A stretch of 64,000 nucleotides of DNA from Antechinus flavipes (taxonomy: Eukaryota). The stretch lies in assembly GCF_016432865.1 (NCBI RefSeq), contig NC_067401.1, forward strand, positions 41,168,001-41,232,000. Direction: 5' to 3'. The notes beneath the pieces were generated by a model. That model saw only the letters and a program-made list of their open reading frames with translations, was not told the DNA's origin and made no database searches. A program made the position numbers and the translations under genes. Below, piece after piece: positions 24,442 through 36,270 of this stretch (positions within the stretch are counted from its first letter, which is position 1; every line of letters begins with the position of its first letter).

Positions 24442-25282
24442 TGTTGGAATCTTTACAAACTGCTAACTCATTAGAGTTGATAGATTATTGATCTGATCTT
24501 ACAAGGAGATATTTTGGGCCAGAACCTGAAACAAGGTACTAAGTAGAACTAATTGATACAATGCTTGTATTCACACCTTTACTCATTGGAGTTCACAAGT
24601 ATGGGAGATTCCCAAAGTTAACTGTGTAACTTTGTGAATTCACACTCCCTTGAAGCTCTTAGGGCCAGAGAGCACTATGGGAGAAACCCATAATCCCTCT
24701 CTCACACATCCCACAATTCCTCTCTCTCGAATAAATAGAGCTTCAAAGGGGCCAGTCAGAAGAGTTCTCAGAGGAAGAAGCTACGAGTCGAGAGTTCAGT
24801 GGAAGACTGAGAAGGCTCTCTCAGGCACAACCAGAGTGAGCTTCATCTCACACCACTGTGGTGGCTGGGCTGCTGCACTTCCCCCACTGAGACCAAGCTG
24901 GTCTGAAAGACTCGCCAGAAAGCTAGCTGAGCCCCAGGCAAGGAGACAAGAGAGTCATTCCATCTTTGTGCTGGCTGGAGGCTGAAGAAAGCAGAGGCAG
25001 AGGCTGAAGGACAGAACCTTTGGATTTGGAGACATTCGGAAGGAGCTCTTGGAACCAAGCAGAGAGATAGGCCTCTAAGAATCTAGCTATCCGGGCCCAA
25101 GGAAAGAGACAAGACTTGGAAGGAGAAATAAACATTTGTATTTTTACCAGCTGGCTGCATTTGGGGTAATTATTGACCTGAACTGATACTAAGGCTGCCT
25201 CAAGAAAACCTCCCCAAGAAACCTGCTCTCCCCCAGAGTGAACCTTCTCATTATATTTTAAAGAAGAAAAAGAATCACCACA
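24442..25282 (+). mobile_element. ERV 3' LTR (841 bp)
   Basis: Polypurine tract AAAACAAAAGAAAGGGGGAGA directly before TG at 24442; ends CACCACA at 25282; AATAAA at 25127-25132. Confidence 0.85.
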
Positions 25283-26960
25283 GTTATAGAAGGATAGATT
25301 TCCTAACAATAAGAGCTGTCCAAAAATGACAGGCTATTTGTGAATTGGGATGATGCAATAGAAAGTTCACCTGCAATTATGTGCCATAATTTGTTATTGA
25401 TAATAATATAAGTTATTGAGATCATCACTCAAGAAACACTTAGTAAGTGCCCATCATATGCCAGCCACTGAACCTGCAATTCACTAGCATGGCATTTTCT
25501 CAACACTTTATGATTTTAGAAAGAGCTGACTAGCTCTGAAAAGACTAAATGATTTACCACAGTGATACTGTCAGAAGCTGGACATCAATCTAGGCCTTTC
25601 ATCTCCAAGACCAGCTCTCTATTCATTATCCCGCATCACTTCTATATATACAAGTGAACACACTTTTTATTTACTGGAATAAAGGCAAAAATGAAACAGA
25701 CCCTGCCCTCGGGAAGTTTGCCTTCTATCCAGGAAAATAATATATATCCAATCTGATACAATCAACATTTATTAAGTGCCTACTATATGCCAGGCACTGT
25801 GCCAAATAATCGGGGGTACAATTAATAAAAAGAAAGTCCCTGCTCTCAATCTAAAGGAAGAGATAACATGCAAAAGGAATCAGGAAAGGGAGGCTGAGGT
25901 AAGGAACGAAGGTATCTTGTTTAATTGAATTAAAACCAGGAAGAGTAGCAGATGCAAAGTGGAGGGATCTGAGAGTCCTATTTCTGTGCTTCCTAAAGGC
26001 ATTGGGAGAAGTTTGGTATTCTGCCCTGCAACCTTCCAATCAGATGGGGAAGAAACTGTGGGAAGTGGTGGCAATGGAGGCTTAAATGAGCAGCCTGGTG
26101 CTGATGAGTTTATACAGGGAGGGGCACTTTGTTTTGTGGAGGTGAAAGGCAGGACAGGTGCAAAGTGGACTGCACAAGAAAGTTTTTGTTCTTATTGAAC
26201 CAGACCTGTGATTACACTGGCATTGAAAACTCCAAGTATGGGTGAAGACTGGCACAGACTCAACAATTTAGTCTTGGAGAGGAGCTTGCTCAAGGTCAGA
26301 GCCAGACATGTATGCATTTTCTATTTGATGAAAAGGTGAATTAGGTTTGTTTTGCTTAATAGAAGAAAACAGAACTAAGTGTATCAGTTAAAAGCTGCCT
26401 AGAGGCCAATATTAGCTCCACAGAAGGACAAATTTCCTAATAAGAAGAGCTGTTCAAAAATGACAAGCTGCTTGTGAGATGGGATGATGTAATAGGAAGA
26501 TCTGTGAACCTGGAGTGAAGGTCTTAGTGTGACTCCTGACTAAGCCACTTAACCATATTGAGCCTCAGTTTTCCCATTTGTAGAGTGAAGGGACTGAACT
26601 AGAGGGTCAGTAGGAGTCCTTGTAGATTTTGATCCATGATTCTATGAACCCCAGCATCCAAGTCTTTATGCTAAGGAGATTTCTGTTATTTACCACACCT
26701 CATTCTGTCTCTATACAAGCAAAAGTATTTAAAATACATTTAAAGTAATTTTCTGGAAGATAATGCCAGTTTCCTTTAATTGTTCTGCCTTAGTTTCCCT
26801 AAATTGTTCTGCCTCAGTTCCTTGAATTGTTATGTCTCAGTCCCTCTGGTTGCAACCATCCTTTCTGATCACTAGGATTGATATAAATTAGGGCTGGGAG
26901 GCCTGACCACAAGCATTTCATAGTGCCATAAACTGAAGATGTTTAATCTCAGATGGGGTC

Positions 26961-27216
26961 CCATGCAGTAGGAGCTACATAAATGTCTATTCCAACACAG
27001 TAGGTGCTATATAAATGCCTATTTCCATGCAGTAGGAGCTACATAAATGTCTATTCCAACACAGTAGGTGCTATATAAATGCCTATTTCCATGCAGTAGG
27101 AGCTACATAAATGTCTATTCCAACACAGTAGGTGCTATATAAATGCCTATTTCCATGCAGTAGGAGCTACAGAAATGTCTATTCCAACACAGTAGGTGCT
27201 ATACAAAAGCCTATCC
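26961..27216. repeat. Minisatellite, 4 x 64 bp, each unit a 31+33-bp dimer
   Basis: Units start at 26961, 27025, 27089 and 27153; the first three are identical and the fourth is diverged. Confidence 0.95.
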
Positions 27217-27908
27217 CCAAACAGTGGTTGTCCTTTATTCTCAGAGGACCGTGACAGCAGGGAGGCCATGCTATGACATGCGATTGAATTGGATTGAAGT
27301 GAGGGAGAGGCTGTGCAAAGTCACGGGTCTCGCTTTCCCCTCCAGAGCCAGATCAAGATGACCGCAGATGGCCCTGAAAGCCCTTCCCTTCCCCTACGGG
27401 AGAGAGAAATGCTAAGAGGGAAAGGGATCCGGAGAAACGCCGAGGTAATCACAAAAGCTCCGAGCCCTACTCCCATCTGCTCACTGGCTCCTGAGGGCAC
27501 ACTTTTGGTTCCTGTTTCTTCTTTCGGTTCCCCTCTCTCCCTACCCACACCCACTTTTGTGTCCGAGGAGTTCCCCCCAATAAGGAACTTTCAGTCTCGC
27601 CTCCTGATCCCTGAGTCACAGAATTCCCCTCCTGGCCCTCTTCTCCCCCCACCAAAGTCCCAAATAAGAGATAGACAAATCTGCCTGTCTGTGTGGCCCT
27701 GGGCGCAGCTCGGGACTCAGCGCCAGGACCGTGGGTGAAATCTCCAAGGGTGTCTCTTGTCTCTGTCTCCCCCAAACTCCCTTTTCAGGATTTGCAGGCT
27801 CAGTGGGATTTGTCTATTTTATCTCTCTATTTCCAGATCTGTTTCAGTTTCAGTCCCCAGGCCGGTCATGCTAGCAGCCCGTGGCTGCTGCGTGTCCAGT
27901 TGCCCCAA

Positions 27909-27993
27909 CCAATAAAATAGCCCGGGACTCCCTCATTAGCCAATCAAGACTCTGAGGAAATGAGTCACCCCCCCCCCTCGGGTGGGGGGGTGA
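27909..27993. promoter_or_regulatory. Orphan promoter/enhancer-like motif cluster (two CCAAT boxes, AP-1 site)
   Basis: CCAAT 27909-27913 and 27940-27944 (AGCCAATCA); TGAGTCA 27961-27967; locally CpG-enriched. Confidence 0.45.
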
Positions 27994-28617
27994 GCCGCGT
28001 GGGCAGTGAGCAGATCTCCAGAGCGGTCTCGGGGAATATCTCTTGCCACTCCCCTCCCCCGTTACAAAAGGTGAACAGAAGGGGTGTGGGGATGGAGAAA
28101 GAACAGACTAAATGATGGGAAGTCCCTAAACTCTCACCTCCTACATCAGGGGACACTTAAGCCAGCCTAGGAAGGGTTTCCCCAGGGATAGGAGAGGAAG
28201 GTCTCCATTCTTAGGGCCCCACCTTTCCTTCCTCCTCCCCTCTCCCAAAGCTATGAAATCAAACGCAAGTGTGGGAAAGAGAAGGCTGGCTTTCCGGATT
28301 CTCCTGGGGAAGGGGGAGTCCAAGAGTCGGTGTAACCTCAGTGTTCTTTCACTGGGGATGTTTTTGCATCTCCAAAATAATGCTCTTTTCGGGGGTGGAT
28401 GAGGTAGAGATATGGATTTCACTTTGGTGGAAGGGAGGATGTAGTGGGGCTACTGAGGGGGAGAGTGAAGACAGATGTCTCACCATGACATATGGTTGGA
28501 CAATGATGGGGGCTTAACCAATGATTATCCCAGCTAGGGCAAGGGTCCAGTTATAAGCCTCCTCCTTCCCACCTCCTTTTTTTCTGGAGTACAAAAGGCA
28601 AATATAGAGAACAAAAC

Positions 28618-28623
28618 TTTATT
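28618..28623 (-). terminator. POLR3GL: POLR3GL polyadenylation signal
   Basis: TTTATT on the plus strand (AATAAA on minus), about 410 nt past the stop codon. Confidence 0.7.
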
Positions 28624-29031
28624 TAAAAACCATAAAACTGGCCTTATCCCTACTTTTCCCAACCCCCAATTTTCTCCAAAAAAGAGAAAATTATTCAGGA
28701 TAGGAACAGGTAGGCAGGGGAAAGGGAGGCAGTTGTAATTTGTACTGATTCTTCCCACTCTCCTTTCCCTCAAGGTATAAAATAATAAAAAATTCAGTCC
28801 TTTACCTCTTCTCCAAAGCAAGAGGTAAAGTCCAGCCACCATAATTGGGGGAGGAGAGTTAGCCAGAGCTACTAGGCCCTTGTTCCTCCCCTCAAGGAGA
28901 TAATGCAGCTTCTTGATTCTGGCTGGGTTTGGAAAGATGGTGTGCCCATAATCACAGATGGCTAGAGCAGCTTCTCAATCCCTAGGGCTTGAGAAAGTCG
29001 GGGCAGTGGGAGTTTTATCCAAGATGGTTCT

Positions 29032-29118
29032 TCAATAAATTGCTTCATCCATGTTGTCATCGCTGTCACCCCCGAAGTCTTCTCCATTATCAAAATATGA
29101 CATGATATAATCTGTCTC
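29032..29118 (-). CDS. POLR3GL: POLR3GL last coding exon
   Basis: ETDYIMSYFDNGEDFGGDSDDNMDEAIY*. Confidence 0.95.
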   Translation of the reverse strand, partial: ETDYIMSYFDNGEDFGGDSDDNMDEAIY

Positions 29119-32100
29119 CTGAAAGAAGCAAAAAAAAGGTAAAAGGGAAGAATGAGAAGGGCTTTTGCCATTCTTATCTGAGATTTCAGGTTTCATAGAA
29201 GTCACTCACTGCCACTTATTAGAAAAAAAACATAGGATAACAGAACACCTTATATTATTTTATTATGTTGATTTATTATATTAATTATTATTGTTTATAA
29301 TATAATTATAATGTATTTATATTAGATATTATTATATTATATTATTTCAGCCTCATTCCTTCCAGGATTTAATTTTTCCTCCCCTCCCCCATCCCTCTGA
29401 AGCAATTTGAGACCCCTGATGGGGAAAGAAAAGGAATTTGGATGAAGAGTGATTTTCTCTCACCTCCTCATGCTCTTCTTCATCATATTCCTCCTCTTCT
29501 TCATCTTCCTTCTCCTCCTCCTCTTCTTTCTCCTCTTCCTCTTCTGAAGTCACTTCTTCTTCCTTCTTTTCCAAGGTCTTTTGGGGGAAGAGATAGATAA
29601 GGGGGAATAAGAGGGAGACTCAGGCCCAGCCCCCAAAAGGCAAAATCAAGGTATGGACAGGGCAAGCAGGAGGGACTGGAGCTGAGAACTGGCTGGGCTC
29701 ATACTTTTTCCTCCTTTCCTATTCCTTGTGTTCTTCCCCACTCCAGCGCCGCCCTCCCAGCATACACATACACACACACTTCACCTCCAGTTTTTGAATG
29801 GTTTCTTCTTTCTCGGCTGGAGTTTTAGGGGCCCTCTTGGGGATCAGGATTGTTGTCCCTGGAGGGGTAAGGGCAGAAAGGAAAGAAAGGACATCAGACA
29901 GAATCACCTCCCAGATCCGGCCAGGCAGCCACTATGGAACTCTGCTGCCCCTGAGTGGTCAATATGATAGACTGTGGGACAGAGGGAGGGAGAGCCATTT
30001 GTAGGTTCCCCAGAAGCCTTTGGGAGGCTGGAGGAGAATACTTGTTCTCCTTCCCAATCAGCTGATAACACTCACGTTCTTTCTGCAATTTTCGAACTCG
30101 AATCTTGAGCTCTCTGGGAAGACGCCTCCAATCTAGGGAAAAGGGACAGGGGAAACAAAGGTCAGTGGGCCCAGGCTTGCACCTTCTCCTGTTAAAATAG
30201 CTGAGGAGGGCACTAGGACCAATTTGACAGAACAGGAGGTATGTTTCACAAGGGGCTCAGCTAGCTAAAGCGTTTTCAGGGAAGTATCTGAACGTCTGGG
30301 AGGTTTGAGGAGAACTTAGGAGTGTCTAGAAGAATTGGGGGGAGCGGGATTTCTGAGGATTTTTGAAGAAGAAATTGGGTGGGAGTCCATCACCTACCAG
30401 GGTTCCAATCAATCGCATTGTCAATCGGCCCTGACATCTGATACTTGTCTGAATAACGCTCCACATCTGAAGGATCAAAGACCAGGAATCAGAGGCTTCT
30501 TCTCTTCAGGGACCCTGAATGGAATGGTGTGCCTGGCGAGGAAGTTTCCATAGCACCTGGGCACTCTGTCCCTCTCCTGATGACACTCAAAAGCTTCAGA
30601 AATACTCTTTAAAAGCTCTCCCACTAACTTTCCCAAATCAGCATCATCTTCCTCACTCCCCCAACAAAGACTCTGCTCTTTCATTTATTATCTATTTATT
30701 ATCTACTCCATGGAACATTATACAAGACATTCCAAAAATACAAAGGGATAGGTCTGTACTCCAGCTCAGCTAATATGTTCCTAATGTCTTGACTCATTCC
30801 CAAATATCTCCTGGAATGTCCTACTCAAGCTTGCCAAAATTCCTCATTCCTTGTTTAGAAAACCTGGCTTAAAACGCCAGTCTTCCAAGAATAATCAAAT
30901 CTACTCAGTTCTAAGTAAGTACTTTTGTTTTTAATGGCCCCTTTCCCCCCATGCTCTCAGATGCACTGTATCTCAATTTCTAATCTACGGAACCAATCCC
31001 GATTGATTAAGGGTCAATTTTGGATCTCAGTTTGGAGTCAGCTTGCCCCACCTAGCACTGTTCTGGCTGCTCTCTCCACATTATTATTCTGTATGTGTTC
31101 AGAGGACACATTTATTATCAGCCTACAGCATAATTAAGAAAGGAAATCTTCTGTAAAAAATATAACTGCCCAAAGGAAGATTATGGATTAGCTGCCGTTT
31201 TGATTTAGCCATGTCTCTTCTTCTCCATGCGTGTGGATAACCAAGCATCGAACTTTGTAAAGTATCCTTAAATTTGTTTCCTTTTCTTTCACTAGGCTGT
31301 GGGTACTCCAAGAACAAAGACTATGTTTTATTCACTTTTGTACTGTGAAGTCTTCAAGGCTATGAAATGCATCATTCTCATACAAGTGTGAGTGTAAAAA
31401 ATATATATATATATATGTATACTAGAGATAGATATATATACACATGTGTGTGTATATATATATGTTTCATATATATATTTCAGACACTATAGATAAAACA
31501 TGTACATACATGGGTATTACATAGGTGTGTTTCACATATACGTACAGATACAAACATACATGTGTGTAGATGTGTGTTTTACACATGCATGTAGATATGA
31601 ATTTATTTCCTTTGTTTATATTTGTCCCTTTCCTTGTCTCTCCACCCAGGGCTCATCGAGGGCTGCTATATATATATTGGACTTACTCAAGATAGAAAAG
31701 TGAAATTCCAACTGACCTCTCTTAGGTGCGGCTGGACGAATGAAGTAGGGAAGCTGCCTCATAGCCCCACGTAGCTCCTGTTTCAGCGCCAGAACATACT
31801 CACCTTCTTCACCTGAGGGCAGAGGCACTGGACGGAATTCCAGGGGCTAGTAGAGCAGGATGGGCAAGGTCAGCATGGTTAGGGCTGAGAAGAACTAGAC
31901 AGTACTTTGGAATGGGAAGGGAAAGCGGGATCTGAAGGGTCTCAGTATAAAACAAAGGAGAGGAGTGTGGGTGTGTGTATGTGTATGTCTCTGTGTCTGT
32001 AATGTTGAAAGGTGAGGGGCCAGGACTACAACAGAGACACACTAAAAAGTGGGGGAGTCTAAGGGCATAGCAAGATATGACATGGCATTTTCTTCCCTGG

Positions 32101-32376
32101 AGAACATGTAGGGAAAGAGTATGAAAATTTCAGGGGGGTGGGCTCCACCAACTGCTAGGATTCTGTGATTTTCTGTGGGCAGTCATAAGAAAGAACAGTT
32201 GATTATTGCCAGGATAGAATGACAGTCTTAAATATAACACTCACAGGAAAGAGTGGGGAGGGCTTCAGGGTGGGAGGGGGCAGGGCATCCCCCTTCCCAA
32301 TGCCCACAGCCTCCATATTGAAGGTGAGCTGACCACGGCCCCGGCCCCGGCCTCGGCCCCCACCCCGGCTGGCCAT
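29032..32376 (-). CDS. POLR3GL: RNA polymerase III subunit RPC7-like (RPC32-beta), 7 coding exons, 220 aa
   Basis: Exons 32376-32245, 31846-31717, 30466-30398, 30132-30076, 29858-29785, 29577-29464, 29118-29032, total 663 nt, all GT-AG. Reads MASRGGGRGRGRGRGQLTFN...acidic tail...DDNMDEAIY*. Confidence 0.97.
29464..29577 (-). CDS. POLR3GL: POLR3GL acidic exon
   Basis: TLEKKEEEVTSEEEEEKEEEEEKEDEEEEEYDEEEHEE; AG/GT flanks. Confidence 0.95.
29785..29858 (-). CDS. POLR3GL: POLR3GL internal exon
   Basis: TTILIPKRAPKTPAEKEETIQKLE; AG/GT flanks. Confidence 0.93.
30076..30132 (-). CDS. POLR3GL: POLR3GL internal exon
   Basis: DWRRLPRELKIRVRKLQKE; AG/GT flanks. Confidence 0.95.
30398..30466 (-). CDS. 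POLR3GL: POLR3GL internal exon
   Basis: DVERYSDKYQMSGPIDNAIDWNP; AG/GT flanks. Confidence 0.95.
31717..31846 (-). CDS. POLR3GL: POLR3GL internal exon
   Basis: PLEFRPVPLPSGEEGEYVLALKQELRGAMRQLPYFIRPAAPKR; AG/GT flanks. Confidence 0.96.
32245..32376 (-). CDS. POLR3GL: POLR3GL first coding exon
   Basis: ACCATGG start at 32376; acceptor ctacag| puts the exon start at 32392; donor |gtgagt. Confidence 0.96.
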
Positions 32377-33235
32377 GGTAGGGGGGGCCTGGCTGTAGAG
32401 AGATAAGATGGGAAAATCCTGATAAAAAGAAAGAGAAAGAGCCACTGTGAGCCTGAGATGAAACCCCCCTATTATGCCAAGGCCTGTTGTTCCAGGTCCT
32501 TCTTGCATTGGCTTTTTCCTCAATCTACCCCCACTCATCCTAAATGTTTTTTTTTTTTTGCTGTATTCCAAAAACCAATAAAAATTATATTTTCATATCA
32601 CATCACTGTCTGTGTTCTTTCATCCCTCTCTTCCCCTTGCTTCTATATCCAGCTTATTATCGTTCACATTTTATAATATTTCCTCTACCTCTACCTCCTC
32701 CTACAATCTTTATTGAAGCCCTTACCATCTTAGGTCTGAGTTACTGTTGATAATCTTATAACTGGACATCTTTGCTTCCAATCTTCAATTTGTGGATGGT
32801 TCTTAAGATTCTAGCTTTGATTCTTACTAACCAGGCAATTCCCTTCATAGAATAAATACTTTGGAGCAAGAAATGACCAGAGAAGCTAACAAATCCATCC
32901 TTCCTCCCTTCATTTTACAGATGAGGAAACTGAGGCTCATAATTTGCTGGAGTTCACCCAAGTAGCAGCAGTCAGAATTCAGATCCAGTGTTCCTTGTCT
33001 CCTCTCTAGGCCTCTGTTTGGAACATACTAACACAGCCTTATACACCGACTGTGAGATAACCAGCCTTCAAGGGCTACGTAAATTTGGCTATCGTTGGTG
33101 ATTATGATTACACTGCTGCATGGTTTGTGGGGAAGGGCTTCTTCAATTTCAGCAGGGTTAGATCCTCTTGGTGAAGAAATTCCCTTTTCCAGTGCAAACC
33201 TGTAATTATTCTACAATTAGATAGTCTTAGAGCAC

Positions 33236-33400
33236 TAGTGTCAAAATCAACTATAAATGGGAGCACTAAACCATATAATCCCTCTACAAGATACATATTG
33301 ATGTAGAAAACCACAAATTAACATTATCTATGTTCTACTGTCTTTTTATTTTTTGTTAAGTATTTCCCAATTACATTTTAATATGGTTCAGGCAGCAACA
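33236..33400. mobile_element. Non-autonomous DNA-transposon (hAT-like MITE) remnant
   Basis: gtgtcaaaatcaa...cactaaacc...gaaaaccacaaattaacattatctatgtt...tttcccaattacattttaat resembles a common marsupial MITE, recognised by eye. Confidence 0.4.
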
Positions 33401-34149
33401 GGAAGCGTTCTCTTGGGCCTTTGCCCTAAAGTGTTCATTCTTAACTCAGTTAAGGACTTCCATCTCACCTGCTCACTTTTCCAAACTGGTTTCTCCTCAT
33501 TCCCTAATTTTAATAATCTTTTACCACTGCCAGCACTGCATTTGTCTGAATCACAAAGGATGGTTCTTGATTATAGCTGTCTTTAAAGGTCTAATGGCTT
33601 TTAATTGTCTCATGCATCTCAATCTGTTCTCTCCAATTAGGCTGCAAGCCCTGAAGGTCCTGATTCTCGGGACCTGTTAGGTACAGGTTAGTGTTAAGCA
33701 CATAACGGTACAAGTTCCGGGACTTCAAAGTGACTTCAAACTTGCCCTTCAGTTTCCTCATCTGTGAAATCCCGATAGTTTCGGAGTGTTTTATCACATG
33801 ATCTAAAGTTAGATTGATCCCTGGTGTGGTCAATTCTCTTTCAAAATAAGGGGATGAGGGAAGTTGCCAAGGCAGCCGGGGAGGAGTTCGTGAGGGAGAG
33901 GGAGGGCTCTGAATTTGGTGTCATGTAACAAGAGTTCAAATCCTAACTCTACTACCTCCTACTTGCGTGGCTTGGTAAAGTCACTTAACATCTAGAGGGC
34001 TCTGCCTCAGTTTACTCATCTGTAAAATGTGGAGGCTAAACTAACTAACGTCTGAATTCAACTCTAAATTCGCGACACAATATGAATCCTCGAGTGGGCA
34101 AAAGAAAGAGGGCAAACCTCCAGCACGAAACAGGTCTTTCCTGGGTGTC

Positions 34150-34570
34150 TCTGTCAAAACGCGCACACGCATGCAGCACACACACGCGCGCGCGCACGCG
34201 TTTTTTCTCCCGCCGCAACACCCAGATCACCCGTGCGCGCGCAAACACCCAGACACACATACAGACACATAGAGGGAGCATAGCAGGGGGCCTGTCGGGA
34301 AGCTGGAGGAAACTGACCCGTGTTTGCTCCGGCCCTCCCTCTGACCCAGAGCCCGCGAGTCGGCCCGAGGATGAAATACACCGAACGGCGGACCCGGGTA
34401 CCGCGGAGTCTCGGTTCCGTTCTTACCTGGAGCCCCTCCCCCACGCGGTACCCACGCAGCCGCCTAGCCTGCGTCCGGTCAGCCGGTCCGCTGGGTTCTA
34501 GGCCCACCTCTGTGCCTTCCCCATTGGTGACTTCTCTGAACCAATGGAAGAGGAGCCGGGCGGGGCGTCC
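34150..34570. promoter_or_regulatory. POLR3GL: CpG island / divergent POLR3GL-ANKRD34A promoter with POLR3GL non-coding exon 1
   Basis: CpG-dense. Minus-strand donor CAG|GTAAG places the exon end at 34427; ATTGG 34523-34527, CCAAT 34541-34545, GC box about 34558-34565. Confidence 0.75.
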
Positions 34571-36270
34571 GCACACATGCAGATGAGGAGGTAGGGCCGT
34601 GAGTAGTAATAGATCTGTGTGGGCTTTGGGAATCCGGGGACATAGAGAACGCTGAAAAGCTTGGGGAACTGGGGTCAGGTTATTTTGGTATGCAGCTCCA
34701 GAATGTGAGGGCTCTTAAACCGTGAAGAGCTCAGAGAGCTGCCCTAATATCACTAAAGCGCTCCCGCAGGGCGGGCCTCCCCCAAGGAGTCCCCCAGAAA
34801 TCAGCCCTTCAAAGATCTGTCTTTCTCTGCCGGCTGCTGCAGAACGTCCCGCCTCCCGCCCTACTCCTTTCCCCATCTAGCACCCTTCTTTCTCTAAATT
34901 CTGCACGCAATGAATCCTCCCCCCTCACTTCCTTGCTAAAAATACCTCTCTGTGGGTTGCTGCAGAGTCGGTGAGAGCTGGCAAGAGGAGGAAGATCAGG
35001 GAACCAAGACTGGTGTGGCAACAGACTGGACGCTCGGATTCCCAGGCTCTTGTCCCCTGTTCTCTTGCTTCTTCTGGACATGTGTGAGGGACTACTCTAA
35101 AGACAAGAGGGTCCCTACTATTCTCCTTCTCTATGAATAATGAACAGAGAGCTCAGGTTAAAACAGGAAGTTAAACCTAAAAATGATTTGTCTGGGGAGT
35201 GGGAATAATAGTGGACTCCTAAGGGTGAAATTGAGCGCCTCCTCTCCCCCAACATTCAGTCCTTGAATGTCTGATTTTTTTTTTATTACTGACAGCCCCC
35301 TGTTCCCTAGTTGTTCTAAAGACCATGTGAATCTCTCCGAGTCCTATAGATCCTCCCCAAACCCCCCACTTTCCATGCTACCTCCCAGCTGGACACATAC
35401 TAATTCCCAAACAGCACAGATGGGAGTCATGGTAACCATGGAGACAGGGCAGGTGGCAGAAAGAAAGAGACAGACAGTGATAGAGACTGACATAGAGAGA
35501 GACAGAGACAGAGGGAGAGATAGAGAGGAGAAAAAAGGCACAGGGAGATGACCAGGAAGGTTGGCAAAGTACAAAGAAGGAAGAATACAGAATCAGAGGG
35601 AACTAAAAACCTGTTTTTACAGTTTTCAGCCTCTCTATTTGCCTCTGTGCCTCCTCTTCCCCACCCTCCACCCCTAGATTGAATAAGAAGAAATTAAAGA
35701 TTTACTTTGTGTCAAAAAAAAAAAAAAAAAACCCGACCTACCATCCCCAGTTCTACCTAAGAGACCAACCTGGAAGAGTTGGCTCCACATCTCTGTAACT
35801 CTATGCTCCCTTTTAAAAAGGAGGGGTACACACCAGATATCAGATATCTATGCTGGGATCCTTTATAGAGCCTGCATACCTAAATATATACACATTAAGA
35901 ATACTTCGTCTCTCTTCTCATAGAACTTGGATTTATGACGTCTGAGTACAACCTTTGGGAGTGTGATTGTGTCATGTACAACTGACTTGTCAGGTCTAGC
36001 ACACAGCCACCACAACACGTCAAGTCCTGGAAATTGGTAGCTGGGGAAGCCTAGCTAGAATTTGTGCAGGCAACCCTGATGGGGCTAGGGAGAGAAGGGA
36101 TACCCAATTTGGGACTGGATTCTACAAATAGCTAGGTTTAAATGGCTAAGATACGGTAGTCAGGCTTAGCTAACCTGAGGTAGTGGGTTTTGTTTTCTGG
36201 GGTTTTTTTTTCTGGGGGATTAGAAAAGCAGCAGATTTGGTGCCTGCCACCCCCACCCGCAGAGACACAT

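Larger units (their letters stand above)
22579..25282 (+). mobile_element. 5'-truncated, internally deleted class II (betaretrovirus-like) ERV: gag remnant, non-coding spacer, PPT, 3' LTR
   Basis: Gag-like translation starts at 22579 (YTPFNLEKIKDLKKGCTLY..., different frame); frameshift near 22690; open frame 22695-23618. No pro/pol/env recognised. PPT 24421-24441; LTR 24442-25282. Confidence 0.88.

Noticed and set aside
26961-27216. CRISPR-like repeat array
   Set aside because: There are no unique spacers; it is a head-to-tail minisatellite in a mammalian genome.
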